From IMG/VR virus record IMGVR_UViG_3300043436_004623, positions 1 to 64,000 of that record: a DNA stretch of 64,000 bases. One strand, written 5' to 3'. Position 1 is the stretch's first letter. Each line of letters starts with the position of its first letter. The notes under the pieces were generated by a model. It was not told the origin of the DNA and ran no database searches. It saw only the letters and a list, made by a program, of their open reading frames with translations. The translations under genes were made by a program, and so were the position numbers. Below, piece after piece: positions 36,181 to 46,645 of the stretch. Source of the DNA: a virus (Duplodnaviria; Caudoviricetes).

Positions 36181-38357
36181 AAAGAACTTAATTGAATTCT
36201 TCCCCATCCAGAAACGCTTCCAGTACATACATATAAAAAGTCTCCACTGACTGCCATTTCACCACGATTTCCTGTTTGAGATGATAATCCAGTAAATTGC
36301 GGTAATCTTAAATAAACACCATTAAAGAAGTCTAAGCTTAAAGTATGCGCTCCTCTTGAGTAGTGATCTCTTTCTTGTCCATCGGAAATAACTGTTGCAC
36401 CTAAATCTCCTGTGCGAGTTATAGCTCTTCTTCCAATGACTGTTGAATAACCTGCTAAAGCTTGATTACCATCTCCTGCTAATACGGTGGAATATTGCCC
36501 AGATGCTACATTAAACCTTCCTCCTAAAATTGCTGCATATGTATTAAATGTTTTATTATTTTCACCACCAACAATTACAGAATTAATTGATTTGACTTCA
36601 TTCCGCGCCCCTCCACCAACAAAACCTGCATTTCCACTGCATATATTACTATCTCCACCAACTATAACTGAAAACATCCCATAAAGCTTGTTATCTCTTC
36701 CTGCTCCACAAAATGAATTGAAAGTAATAATATCATTATTACTTTCAATTCTATTACGTACACCACCAAATATTGAATTACCTCCTCCTCCACTTATAAA
36801 ATTGTTAGTACCACCACCAACACTACTATAGTCTGTACTTATAATTTCATTTTTCTCACCAGCTCCAATAAAACAAGACTGCGAGTAACCACTTATTATA
36901 TTACTCAATCCACCAGCAATTGCACAAATAGCTGAGTTATGAATCCTATGAAGCGCTCCACCATTAATTGAATTAACAGCAGAGAAATCAGCACCAGTAG
37001 TTAGTATAATTCCATTGTCATAACCACCGCCAATATTGTTCCAAAGAGATCCTATGCCAGAAGAAAAAGAATAATCAAAAGGATAATCAGATTTCACATA
37101 ATTACCGATACCACCTAAAATTGCACAGCCTGAACTATTACCAATTATATTATTTGCTCCATTTACAATAGTAGATGCAGCACTAGAACCAGTTATTTTA
37201 TTTTCAACACCAGCTCCTATAAAATTATGATCCCCAAATAATTCATTTAAACTTCCACCACCCAGAAAAGAATAAACTCCTGATACTTTATTTTGTGTTC
37301 CCACTCCAATAAACGAACCATCTCCGCTTAAACGATTATTGACTCCACCTAAAATTACTGAAGCATCTCCACTTAAACTATTTCCAGAACCACCAATTAT
37401 AGTATCTACATCTGAATATATAATAGTATTACCATGTCCTAAAATTAAATCTCCCTCAACCACCAAATCATTTGAAAATGTTTTTAAACCACCTATTATT
37501 TCTACGCCAGTATTCATTACTGGTTTACCACCACCAACTATAATATTATTTTCAAAAATGGTTTGTCCAGTAAATATCCCAGAGTAAAAAGTATTGATAC
37601 CGCCTTCTCCAAATTTATTAACAGAAAGTTTTCCAAATTCGTTTGTTGGTGTATTTGCCCCAAATGAATTCAATGTAGAAAAACCTCCAAAACTATTTGT
37701 ATTACCAGAAACTCCAAAACTATTTAAAATAGCTGAAGTACCAAAAAAGTTTCCACTTCCAGTTCCACCTATATTCAACGAACCAGATTGAATAAATTCA
37801 TTATTAATAATAAGTTTTCCACTTAATGTTTGTTCACCAGTGTTTAATATAACAGTTCCACTACCAACTTTTGGCGTAAGTGTAAATGTTTTTTGCCCAC
37901 TAATTTCTTCTACTCCAGTAATAGATACAATTTCATTTGAATTGATTGCTATTGTTTTAGCAGCACTTCCATTAAAAAAATCTCCGCTTGATTCAATGCC
38001 AAATCCAAAAGTCAAATCATTTGGTGTTGCTATACCAGCAGCATCACCACTTAAAACAACTCCAATACCATTAACAAAAGGACGATCTGTAAATGTTTTT
38101 ATACCAGCGACTGTTTGATCTCCAGTCGTTAAGACTGGTTCTGCAGTGCCTATAATTGGATTCAGCGCAAATGTTTTTTGGCCATCTATTATTTGCTCGC
38201 CACTTAATGAAAGAAATAAAGATGTATCAACATCAAAATATCTTTCTACAGAACCGTCATAAGCTCCTCCGCTTGATGTTAATCCAATACCTGGGAAAAG
38301 CGCAAAGCGGTTTTCTGCGTTTAAAACATATACTACATTTTGATCTCCGTCTGCCAT
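36177..38357 (-). CDS. Tail fibre / adhesin with Gly-rich GGxxN repeats
   Basis: QIIDGQKTF-type repeats, an NxFG block, about 20 ~14-aa repeats of the SxIxGGxxNxI type, and C-terminal GEMAVSGDFLYVC...WGRI. Confidence 0.8.
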   Translation of the reverse strand: MADGDQNVVYVLNAENRFALFPGIGLTSSGGAYDGSVERYFDVDTSLFLSLSGEQIIDGQKTFALNPIIGTAEPVLTTGDQTVAGIKTFTDRPFVNGIGVVLSGDAAGIATPNDLTFGFGIESSGDFFNGSAAKTIAINSNEIVSITGVEEISGQKTFTLTPKVGSGTVILNTGEQTLSGKLIINNEFIQSGSLNIGGTGSGNFFGTSAILNSFGVSGNTNSFGGFSTLNSFGANTPTNEFGKLSVNKFGEGGINTFYSGIFTGQTIFENNIIVGGGKPVMNTGVEIIGGLKTFSNDLVVEGDLILGHGNTIIYSDVDTIIGGSGNSLSGDASVILGGVNNRLSGDGSFIGVGTQNKVSGVYSFLGGGSLNELFGDHNFIGAGVENKITGSSAASTIVNGANNIIGNSSGCAILGGIGNYVKSDYPFDYSFSSGIGSLWNNIGGGYDNGIILTTGADFSAVNSINGGALHRIHNSAICAIAGGLSNIISGYSQSCFIGAGEKNEIISTDYSSVGGGTNNFISGGGGNSIFGGVRNRIESNNDIITFNSFCGAGRDNKLYGMFSVIVGGDSNICSGNAGFVGGGARNEVKSINSVIVGGENNKTFNTYAAILGGRFNVASGQYSTVLAGDGNQALAGYSTVIGRRAITRTGDLGATVISDGQERDHYSRGAHTLSLDFFNGVYLRLPQFTGLSSQTGNRGEMAVSGDFLYVCTGSVSGWGRIQLSSF

Positions 38358-38359
38358 AA

Positions 38360-41300
38360 TTAATATCTATATATTCCTGTTAATTTACTATCTTGAAACT
38401 GAAGCGGCCAATAAGAAAATCTTTGAAGATACATGTTACTAAATTGCGGCCCAGCAGTTTCTCCATTTGCCCCAAAAACGAGCTTATTCATCGGCAATGA
38501 TCCAAGTCTTCCGCTCGTATCTGTTCGTGTTGTTTCATTATAAAATGATGTCTTAAAGCTGTTTTCTTTATAAGATGCCATAACTAATACACCACGCGAA
38601 CCAGTTGTTTTTGAAAAATTAGCTTGTGATTGATGACTTGGTGGACCTGAAGAAAAATTTGTTGCAAAATTAGCACCAACTCTAGTCAAAGCATATGATC
38701 CAGATTGCCTATCACTACCTTCTATACCCATCATTCCCATTGTTTGCCATGTATTATATTGCAATAACTCTGCTTCAATAAAATACGTTCCTTGATTTTG
38801 ATTATAAAAACCACTAAAATCATTTCCACCAATTGCGAATACGTCTCGCGTAAGTGTTCCAACTGAACCAGTTGTTGGCTTATAACTTGTAGCCCCATCT
38901 CCACTAAATGCAGTTTCAAGTTGGTGGCCAAATATTTGAAAACCTGGTCCATTAAGACCAGAGTATGAATTAGCGTTAACGCCAAATCCAGTTGTTGACC
39001 AAAATTCACAATTAGCACCAACAAGAGCCGCACCAGTTGCTGTTTGACCTATTACGAGCCTATACCAATTATTAGGATATTTTATTCCTGTAAAAAATGT
39101 TGGATTTGTAAAACCAGGAACTGATACCGTTCTTCCACCGCTAATTCCACTATGTAAATCGATAACAACTCTTGTATCAGGAATAGACCCAGCAGTTACT
39201 AACCTTCCAAGAACATATCTTCTACCAGTATATTGTCCATAATATGGCTGTTTTAAGAAAATTGATGATACATAATTTATTCCAGATTGAATATTATCTA
39301 TTGGCCGTCTATACACATAATGTTGACTTGTTGTACCGTCTTCAACATAAACAGATCCAGATGTACTAGTATCTGGCCAAACTCCACCAGTTAATTGTAT
39401 TGATCCATTAACTGGTTCACCAGCATTAGATCCAGTAAAAGTATTTGAATTTAAAATATAATTATTAGAAGCTTGTTCTAATAACAAGCCTTTTGGCGTT
39501 CTAAATGATTTATAACCTTCTAGAAACGTTCCATATGCTTGTTCATACGGTGTGGGTATTGCGCTTTCCTCTAATTGTGGACCCCACAAATAAAATGAAT
39601 CGCTTTGTGTTGTAACTAGTCTGCTTGTAGCTCCAGCTGCATTTGACGGATAAATAGCATTAACCTGCCAAGATGTTGCTGAGTTATAAAGAGTTGATAA
39701 CCACAAACGTGACCATCCATTTCCATATGACGAGTCTAAACCAGATGAAGTTATTGTTCCAGCCATTCCAGATATAGAACCATTGGATAAATTATACAAA
39801 GCCCTCGCACCACCTATCTGTAAAGAAATAAAATTATTATTTATTGGTTTAGCGAAAACCGACATGGTATAATTTAATCCAGAATATAAAACATCATCTC
39901 TTCTAATTTGATAAGTCGTAGCCACACCAGATCCAGTCACATCAATAAATTTATCCGCATCTTTTGCCGACTTAAATGGATTTATCTCACTACGTGGTGC
40001 TATTACATCTTGGACATATGGAGGACCGCTAGTAAAAGGATATCTCCAGAAATTTAAAAAGCTGTTGCTTCCATAAAATAAATTTTTACTTACTGCATGA
40101 TCAAATCTTGGTTGATTTGCCGCTACATATTTAATAAAACCATCGCTTGCCAAATAACTACCGCTTGTATTTGTTTGAGTTCTTGATAAAGATGGAGTTG
40201 GCCCTATTCTTGGCGTTAATGTTGTCGCGCCAGTTTCGTATACCATATCTAATGTCGGAATTTCAATTGCTGATCTAGTATTACCATCATTTGTAAAATA
40301 GACTTCTCTAGAAGATAGCAATCCATTAAAATCAGCATCAATATCATTTTCAAATGGACCATATGGAACAACAGACGCATTTCTAAATCTTTTTCTTCCA
40401 GAAATTATTTGATCGCCCGTATTGTAAACAAGGTTTGTAGCCTCAACTCTAGTAAAAGCAGTGGTATCACCGCTTAATAACACATTAACTCCATTAATAG
40501 TTGGTCTTATAGTAAAGTTTTTTGAACCGCCAATATCTTGAGTGCCAGTTGTCATCACAAAGGATGAATTGCCACTTACATCTGGTATCGTATAAGTTCT
40601 ATCTCCAGAAATAGTTGGTGCAGAAATTGTAAAACTATTACTACCAGCGCTTCCAGTACGTAAAACTAACTGATTTGAACTCGTGGCTACTATTAGTTGA
40701 CTAGCAAAAGTTTTAGTTCCAGTAATATTCTGAGAACCACTCGTCATTACAAAATCTGCATTTCCACCAACATCTGGAATTGTATAAACCCTATTTGCAG
40801 AAATGTTTGGTGCTGTAATATCAATTTTATTGCCAGCAGAACCAGTTCTTAAAGTTAATTGATTGCCAGTTACTTGTATAACAATACCAGTATTAAAGGT
40901 TTTTATTCCATTTAATGTTTGACTTCCAGTTAATGATGCAATTGCAGCTGTATCGACTTCAACTATTTTTGATTGATTTCCATTCCATGTAAATGGAGCG
41001 CCTCCATTAGTTAATCTTAATCCATTTTGAAATTCTAATGAATACGCTGTATAAGCACCAGGAACAGCTTCTCCACTTAAAAATACTCCCGATCCATTAA
41101 CGGTTGGTCTAGTTGTGAAAGTTTTTAAACCATCAATTGTTTGAGTACCAGTAGTCATTACAAATGAAGCGTTACCACTTACATCTGGTATTGTATATGT
41201 TCTGTTTCCAGATATGTTTGGCGCTGTAAATGTAATTGTATTAGTCCCAGCTGAACCAGTTCTAAAAGCTAACTGGTTAGATACATTTTGTAAAACAACT

Positions 41301-42439
41301 CCAGTTGTGAACGTTTTAGTTCCACCGATTGTTTGATTGACTTCGTTCATTACAAATGAAGCATTAGTTCCAGCATCTGGAATTGTATAAGTTCTTGCAG
41401 AAGCTGGGGTCGGGGCGGTAATTGTTGTTTTTTGAGTTGAACCTAAAACTAATTGATCTGTTGTTTTAAGAATATTTATTCCACTTGCAAATGTTTTTTC
41501 TCCAGCAAAGGTTTGTTGTCCTTCTAATGCTGCTATATTAATATTTCCAGTTGGAAATGTGCCTGTTGTGTTAGCTGTTGTAGTTAAGCCTAATGTATGA
41601 TTACCAGCTTTAACTATTTGTCCAGCACTAGTGTATGAGACTGTTGCTGGCAAAGTAAGTGGTCCAGCAAATGATCCAGAGTAAAAGTAATTTTCACCAT
41701 TTTCTCCAAAAAAGTTTTTAGAATTTTTACCAAAATTATTTATAGCACCAGATCTCAAATCAATTCCAAATCCATTAGATGCAGTAGATCCACTAACTCC
41801 TGAACCAAATTGATTACTACCAGTTACAAGAAGGCCAAATCGATTTATATTTCCAGTTTCACCAAAAGTATTATATCTAGACGAATTTCCAAAACTATTA
41901 GTTGCACTAAGTCCAATTACATTATTTCCAAATGAATTTGAAGTTATAACATTATCTCCAAATCTATTTGTACTAGCTCCCGTTCCAAATAAATTAGTTG
42001 CTGTTCCAGTTAATCCTATTTCAGTATCTCCAAATATTTTTATTTCTCCATTAAATGTTTTTGTTCCATTTATTGTTTGAGTTCCTTCTGTCATTACAAA
42101 AGAAGCGTTTGCTCCTGGATTTGGAACTGTATAAGTAAAAGCTGTAGCACTTGAAAATGTTATATTAGAATTTGAAGAAGTTGTTAATGTAACAGCATGA
42201 TTCCCAGCTTTAACAATTGAACCATTTGAAGCGAAATTAAGAGTGGATGGAATAGTCAATATACCATTAAAAGTTTTACTTCCACCTATTGTTTGGTTGG
42301 CGCTATTACTAGTAGTAACAACACCATTAGCCTCCCAAGGAACAACAGATCCATCTCCTAATGTTATTGATGTGGAACTTGGTCCAGTTGATAACAAATA
42401 AATATAAGTGCTGCTTAACTTTTGACCAACTAAATTCAT
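38360..42439 (-). CDS. Long tail fibre, 1359 aa
   Basis: QTIxGxKTF shaft repeats, ~60-aa RTYTIPD...SFVMT repeats, and two lectin-like NL..S..F...GxQLE domains. Confidence 0.82.
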   Translation of the reverse strand: MNLVGQKLSSTYIYLLSTGPSSTSITLGDGSVVPWEANGVVTTSNSANQTIGGSKTFNGILTIPSTLNFASNGSIVKAGNHAVTLTTSSNSNITFSSATAFTYTVPNPGANASFVMTEGTQTINGTKTFNGEIKIFGDTEIGLTGTATNLFGTGASTNRFGDNVITSNSFGNNVIGLSATNSFGNSSRYNTFGETGNINRFGLLVTGSNQFGSGVSGSTASNGFGIDLRSGAINNFGKNSKNFFGENGENYFYSGSFAGPLTLPATVSYTSAGQIVKAGNHTLGLTTTANTTGTFPTGNINIAALEGQQTFAGEKTFASGINILKTTDQLVLGSTQKTTITAPTPASARTYTIPDAGTNASFVMNEVNQTIGGTKTFTTGVVLQNVSNQLAFRTGSAGTNTITFTAPNISGNRTYTIPDVSGNASFVMTTGTQTIDGLKTFTTRPTVNGSGVFLSGEAVPGAYTAYSLEFQNGLRLTNGGAPFTWNGNQSKIVEVDTAAIASLTGSQTLNGIKTFNTGIVIQVTGNQLTLRTGSAGNKIDITAPNISANRVYTIPDVGGNADFVMTSGSQNITGTKTFASQLIVATSSNQLVLRTGSAGSNSFTISAPTISGDRTYTIPDVSGNSSFVMTTGTQDIGGSKNFTIRPTINGVNVLLSGDTTAFTRVEATNLVYNTGDQIISGRKRFRNASVVPYGPFENDIDADFNGLLSSREVYFTNDGNTRSAIEIPTLDMVYETGATTLTPRIGPTPSLSRTQTNTSGSYLASDGFIKYVAANQPRFDHAVSKNLFYGSNSFLNFWRYPFTSGPPYVQDVIAPRSEINPFKSAKDADKFIDVTGSGVATTYQIRRDDVLYSGLNYTMSVFAKPINNNFISLQIGGARALYNLSNGSISGMAGTITSSGLDSSYGNGWSRLWLSTLYNSATSWQVNAIYPSNAAGATSRLVTTQSDSFYLWGPQLEESAIPTPYEQAYGTFLEGYKSFRTPKGLLLEQASNNYILNSNTFTGSNAGEPVNGSIQLTGGVWPDTSTSGSVYVEDGTTSQHYVYRRPIDNIQSGINYVSSIFLKQPYYGQYTGRRYVLGRLVTAGSIPDTRVVIDLHSGISGGRTVSVPGFTNPTFFTGIKYPNNWYRLVIGQTATGAALVGANCEFWSTTGFGVNANSYSGLNGPGFQIFGHQLETAFSGDGATSYKPTTGSVGTLTRDVFAIGGNDFSGFYNQNQGTYFIEAELLQYNTWQTMGMMGIEGSDRQSGSYALTRVGANFATNFSSGPPSHQSQANFSKTTGSRGVLVMASYKENSFKTSFYNETTRTDTSGRLGSLPMNKLVFGANGETAGPQFSNMYLQRFSYWPLQFQDSKLTGIYRY

Positions 42440-42465
42440 ATTTTCATTATTTTTTACACTTTATT

Positions 42466-44502
42466 TTAATTTGATTCCCAATTTATGGATAAGTTATTCC
42501 AAATAGTATCGAAATCTTGATAATAATTACCCAATGTATTAATTACCCGCCTCATTAAAAATCCAGCATCGCTTCTAATTGTACAATCAAACGAAGCATT
42601 AAAAGTCATCACATCATTCAATGGCATTGAATAATTAAAATTACTTAATCTACAATTGTTAAATTTATATGAACCTGTTATATAATTTTTAGTATTTATA
42701 CAATTTATTGTAAAAGCGTAAATTTGTTGATTAGATAAAATTCCACTGATAAATCCATCATCTACCCCAGAAACTAATACAGACATATCGATTTTTGCAT
42801 TAATTGGATAATTTAATTTTCGATCATATACATAATCACTGCCTAATCCATATAAATCGTTTCTAGATAAATCTATGTCTATTGATAGAGATTGTAATAG
42901 TGGTTTATTATAAGGCTCTAATTTAATGCCGCCAACCTGTAAATCATCAAGAATAAATTCACTATGCATCGGGGAAGTTACTGGAACATTGAATTCAGTT
43001 TTTCCCTCTGAATTATCTGTAACAAACCCAGATGCAAGAGTAAAATAAGTATCAGCTAAATTTAAAATTCCTGGATTTCTTATTGATGGAGTGTCGATTT
43101 GATTTTTAGTTTCTAATATTCCATATTCAATTATATAACCATTAGTTGAAGATGCATTTGCTAAATCGTTCCATTTATAAGAATTAGCGCCGTGTATATT
43201 TCCAAGTCTAGATGCATAATTTTCTGCTCCGCCAGCATTATTTGGTTCTCCTGCATTCCAATTAGTATATCCATCGTTAAGAAGTGTGCCATCTATCCAC
43301 CTCCAAGTTCCCTCTACTCCAGTATCTGTTGCTCCAATCCATAATGATGATTGAGTTTGAGTTGGTACTTTATTATTTTTTTCTTCTGTATTTAATATTG
43401 CCAATCTTCCACCCCTTGACTCTGCGTCTGTTTTAGCCCCGCTCCATGTAAAACTCCCAGCGACTATTTCAAATTTTTCAGAATCAACGATAGTATCTAT
43501 TTTCATATTAGAACAAGCAAAAGTTGTGCTAACTGATGGGATTTGACCTATTTGAAAATTAAGCGAATAATTTGTTAGATAAGAATCTCCAAAAGAAAAA
43601 ATACTAAAACCACTAAAATCAATATTTAATGGATCAATTCTTTTTACTTCATCAAAACCTTCTTTTAAATCTCTATTATCAACCACTAAATAAAAATTAT
43701 TTCTTTTTAAGTTAAAATTAGAAAGAGCATTTTCATAAATATCACCACTTCCATTAAAACCCAACAATAGTTCATTATTCAAATATGGAGAATGTAAATA
43801 ATCTAAAGTTAAATTAACTTTTGGCGCTTGAAAAACCTCATTTACAGCATAATCATCAGACCCAATTTGTTTTAATTTTAAATGATCATTTGCTACTCCA
43901 AAATTACAATTTTGAGTGAGTGAAAATAATCTTAATTCATCAATATTTTCAGTTACCGTAACTGCGGCAGTTGTTGTTTTTATATAGTTTGTTGAGTAAG
44001 AACCTGCTTCTAGTTGTGCTCCATATACATAAAGAGACTCTGGTGTGGCAAATGTCGCATTTGCACCAATATACACTCTTGTTTGAGATACACTCGATGG
44101 ATATGTTGCAGTAACAGAAACTCTTTGCCATGTATTTGTTGTTGTAAAAGTAGTATGACCAATTGAATTAGAGCCGCCGTTATTATATAAATTAATTGTT
44201 AATGTTGCTGGGGATGCTGCTGCTTTAACCCATACGCTAAATGTATAAGTAGTATTTGCAAGACCAGCAAATTGTTGAGAAATATTTGAATTTGAGGTTG
44301 TTGCTGAAAGCAAAGTGGCGTTAGATTTGCCATCTGGAGACAACCCGCCAGGAGTTGGCGTGACTGAACCTTTTGACCAAATTGATTGAGTAAAATCTTC
44401 ACTATAAGTTAAAATATTAGTTCTCTGTCTAGTTTTTGATGTTGATAATGGATTTCCAATACCAACAAATGCGGAATTACTTTTTAATATTTGTTTTGGC
44501 AT
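42466..44502 (-). CDS. Tail-tube paralog with an inserted carbohydrate-binding-like domain and a C-type lectin domain
   Basis: Segments align by eye to the tube protein (PKVNLTLDY vs PTVSLDFSY; RNDLYGLGSDYVYDRKLNYPINA vs RTPIERLGSRYAFARTVDFPINA). The CTLD has WIG, EPN and WND. Confidence 0.75.
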   Translation of the reverse strand: MPKQILKSNSAFVGIGNPLSTSKTRQRTNILTYSEDFTQSIWSKGSVTPTPGGLSPDGKSNATLLSATTSNSNISQQFAGLANTTYTFSVWVKAAASPATLTINLYNNGGSNSIGHTTFTTTNTWQRVSVTATYPSSVSQTRVYIGANATFATPESLYVYGAQLEAGSYSTNYIKTTTAAVTVTENIDELRLFSLTQNCNFGVANDHLKLKQIGSDDYAVNEVFQAPKVNLTLDYLHSPYLNNELLLGFNGSGDIYENALSNFNLKRNNFYLVVDNRDLKEGFDEVKRIDPLNIDFSGFSIFSFGDSYLTNYSLNFQIGQIPSVSTTFACSNMKIDTIVDSEKFEIVAGSFTWSGAKTDAESRGGRLAILNTEEKNNKVPTQTQSSLWIGATDTGVEGTWRWIDGTLLNDGYTNWNAGEPNNAGGAENYASRLGNIHGANSYKWNDLANASSTNGYIIEYGILETKNQIDTPSIRNPGILNLADTYFTLASGFVTDNSEGKTEFNVPVTSPMHSEFILDDLQVGGIKLEPYNKPLLQSLSIDIDLSRNDLYGLGSDYVYDRKLNYPINAKIDMSVLVSGVDDGFISGILSNQQIYAFTINCINTKNYITGSYKFNNCRLSNFNYSMPLNDVMTFNASFDCTIRSDAGFLMRRVINTLGNYYQDFDTIWNNLSINWESN

Positions 44503-44506
44503 GGTA

Positions 44507-46645
44507 TCAATCTTTAGGTATTACACCCAATGGGTCTTCAATTAATTGCACTTCAATATCATGTGAATCCTCAAACTTCCAAGTGTGATTCCAAGACGGT
44601 GCGTAAAAAACTTTCGGTTTATTGTAAACAGAATCCATATTTACTCTAAATCTTCTATAACCACCTTTATTTTCTAAAAAATGCAAGATCGCCCTTGCTT
44701 TTTGTGTTGTTATGTTAGAAAATTTATATGTGAAATCAGTTGTTGCTATATTTTTTTTAGTTTTTATTCTTTGGCTAAATGAATTTTTAAAATTAATTTT
44801 TTCAACTTTTAAATCGACAGAATTCTGCATTGCTAGATCAGGCTCAAAAAAGAAATCTTGTCTCCATGGTGATATAGAATCTCCTGGCTCTGTATCAATA
44901 CCTTCTTTTGAATTATGATTGTAACCACAATAATAAAAACTATTTAATCTATTTTGCCTCTTTGGAGATCCTTCTGTTTTGACATAATCTAATAAATCCC
45001 CATTTTGTACTTGCGCACCCCAAATATACATAAAACCATCATTAGGTGGAATATTATAGTCCCAATTCCCCGAATAATCTGGAGCATTATCTAATAATAC
45101 AAAAACTGGAACATAATGATCGTTTTTAATTAGAACTGTTATAGAACATCTAAACCACCCGTTTGCATATGGAGTTATTTGACCCACAACACCCTCCCCC
45201 TGACGAGACATTGTTTGATTTTGTAAATTAAACGAACAATAATGAAAAGATCTTGGATTAATTGTTTGGTCTGTTGTTGCTGTTTTCATGAACTCCAAAC
45301 CTATCATAAATTTATATTTTGGAGAAGCGGCATCAGCGCGAACAAAAATTGAAAAAGTCATTTTTTCTGAAAATTTTGAAGTTCTTTCAAAAAAATTACT
45401 ATAGTTAAACCCCGCACCCAAACCTTTGCCTGGATAAAACCCGTGCCAACGATTTGATGCAGCGTTTATTCTGTAGCACGAATCTTGACCAAATGGATTT
45501 AATACCAATCTCGTGTGTATTAAATTTATATTTGCCAACTCCCAATATTTTCGTTCTGAAAAATTTTCACTATATCTTAAGAGATTGGATTTATTACTTC
45601 GACTTTCGGAATACAATATATCATATTTATTATAATTTACATTTTTTCTCCAATATTTTTCATCATAATTTACAAAACAAGAATTATACCAATTTAAAAT
45701 TGATGACGCTTGATCAACATCTAAAGACAACGCAACCTCATAATGATTTTTATTAATAAAATTAATTGCATATTGCGTACAAAAACCATCTATTGATCTA
45801 TAAATATTAGATGGATCTTTAAAAGAAAAATCATAAACACCTTTTTTATTTTCTATAAAATTTACAAGCTGTTGAGCTTCTAATTCATTTAAATCAAATT
45901 TTAAATCAAATTTTGCTATTAAACTATTAATAGATAAGGGAATCATATTGATATAATTATCATGAGTGTCATATTTATTAACATTAGAAGAAAAAAATAC
46001 TTTAGATCCATATGTTGGTTTATATATTAAACTTGATATTGGATTTGTAACAATAACATTACTATCTCTATTATAAAAAATTAACGAATCTCCTCCAGTT
46101 TGCTCATATTCACCTGGTTCACTAGATAAATTAGTAACTTCTTCAACTTGAGCGCCCCAAACCCACATTGATCCATTATTACCATCACCATATCCCCCCA
46201 TATGGTAATTATTTAAAACTAAAGTATTTGTTGGTGTTTTTTTAGTATTCCACCAAACCCTCATCCAACCATTATCGTATTCTTTATAATTAGCTTGAAA
46301 TATAGTTCCAACTTCACCAGCTTGAGCATATTGCCACGTAAAAATTTTTGTTTTAAGATTAAAAATCCCCAATCTATGTTGAGTATTCTCGCCACCAATT
46401 ATAAATGGAAGTAATCTAGGCTCTGGGTTATCGCTTACTGGTTTTACAAAAATAGATCTACAGTATATTTTATCTGTAACAAAAGTAATTGGATTTAATG
46501 GGGTATCAAATGTAGTACTCTTAACACTAGCTGGAGAAAAGAATCTGGTTGCTTCTTTAACTCCATTTGGTGCAATTGCATCATTTTCTGTTTTTACAGA
46601 TTTACCCCCCAAATTAAAATTTATACTATTTTTTACAAAATTCAT
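44507..46645 (-). CDS. Distal / minor tail protein with duplicated core and two inserted lectin-like domains
   Basis: Two similar cores (EAQQLVNFIENKKG..F and KARAILHFLENKGG..F) and two WGAQV[EQ] domains. Confidence 0.65.
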   Translation of the reverse strand: MNFVKNSINFNLGGKSVKTENDAIAPNGVKEATRFFSPASVKSTTFDTPLNPITFVTDKIYCRSIFVKPVSDNPEPRLLPFIIGGENTQHRLGIFNLKTKIFTWQYAQAGEVGTIFQANYKEYDNGWMRVWWNTKKTPTNTLVLNNYHMGGYGDGNNGSMWVWGAQVEEVTNLSSEPGEYEQTGGDSLIFYNRDSNVIVTNPISSLIYKPTYGSKVFFSSNVNKYDTHDNYINMIPLSINSLIAKFDLKFDLNELEAQQLVNFIENKKGVYDFSFKDPSNIYRSIDGFCTQYAINFINKNHYEVALSLDVDQASSILNWYNSCFVNYDEKYWRKNVNYNKYDILYSESRSNKSNLLRYSENFSERKYWELANINLIHTRLVLNPFGQDSCYRINAASNRWHGFYPGKGLGAGFNYSNFFERTSKFSEKMTFSIFVRADAASPKYKFMIGLEFMKTATTDQTINPRSFHYCSFNLQNQTMSRQGEGVVGQITPYANGWFRCSITVLIKNDHYVPVFVLLDNAPDYSGNWDYNIPPNDGFMYIWGAQVQNGDLLDYVKTEGSPKRQNRLNSFYYCGYNHNSKEGIDTEPGDSISPWRQDFFFEPDLAMQNSVDLKVEKINFKNSFSQRIKTKKNIATTDFTYKFSNITTQKARAILHFLENKGGYRRFRVNMDSVYNKPKVFYAPSWNHTWKFEDSHDIEVQLIEDPLGVIPKD

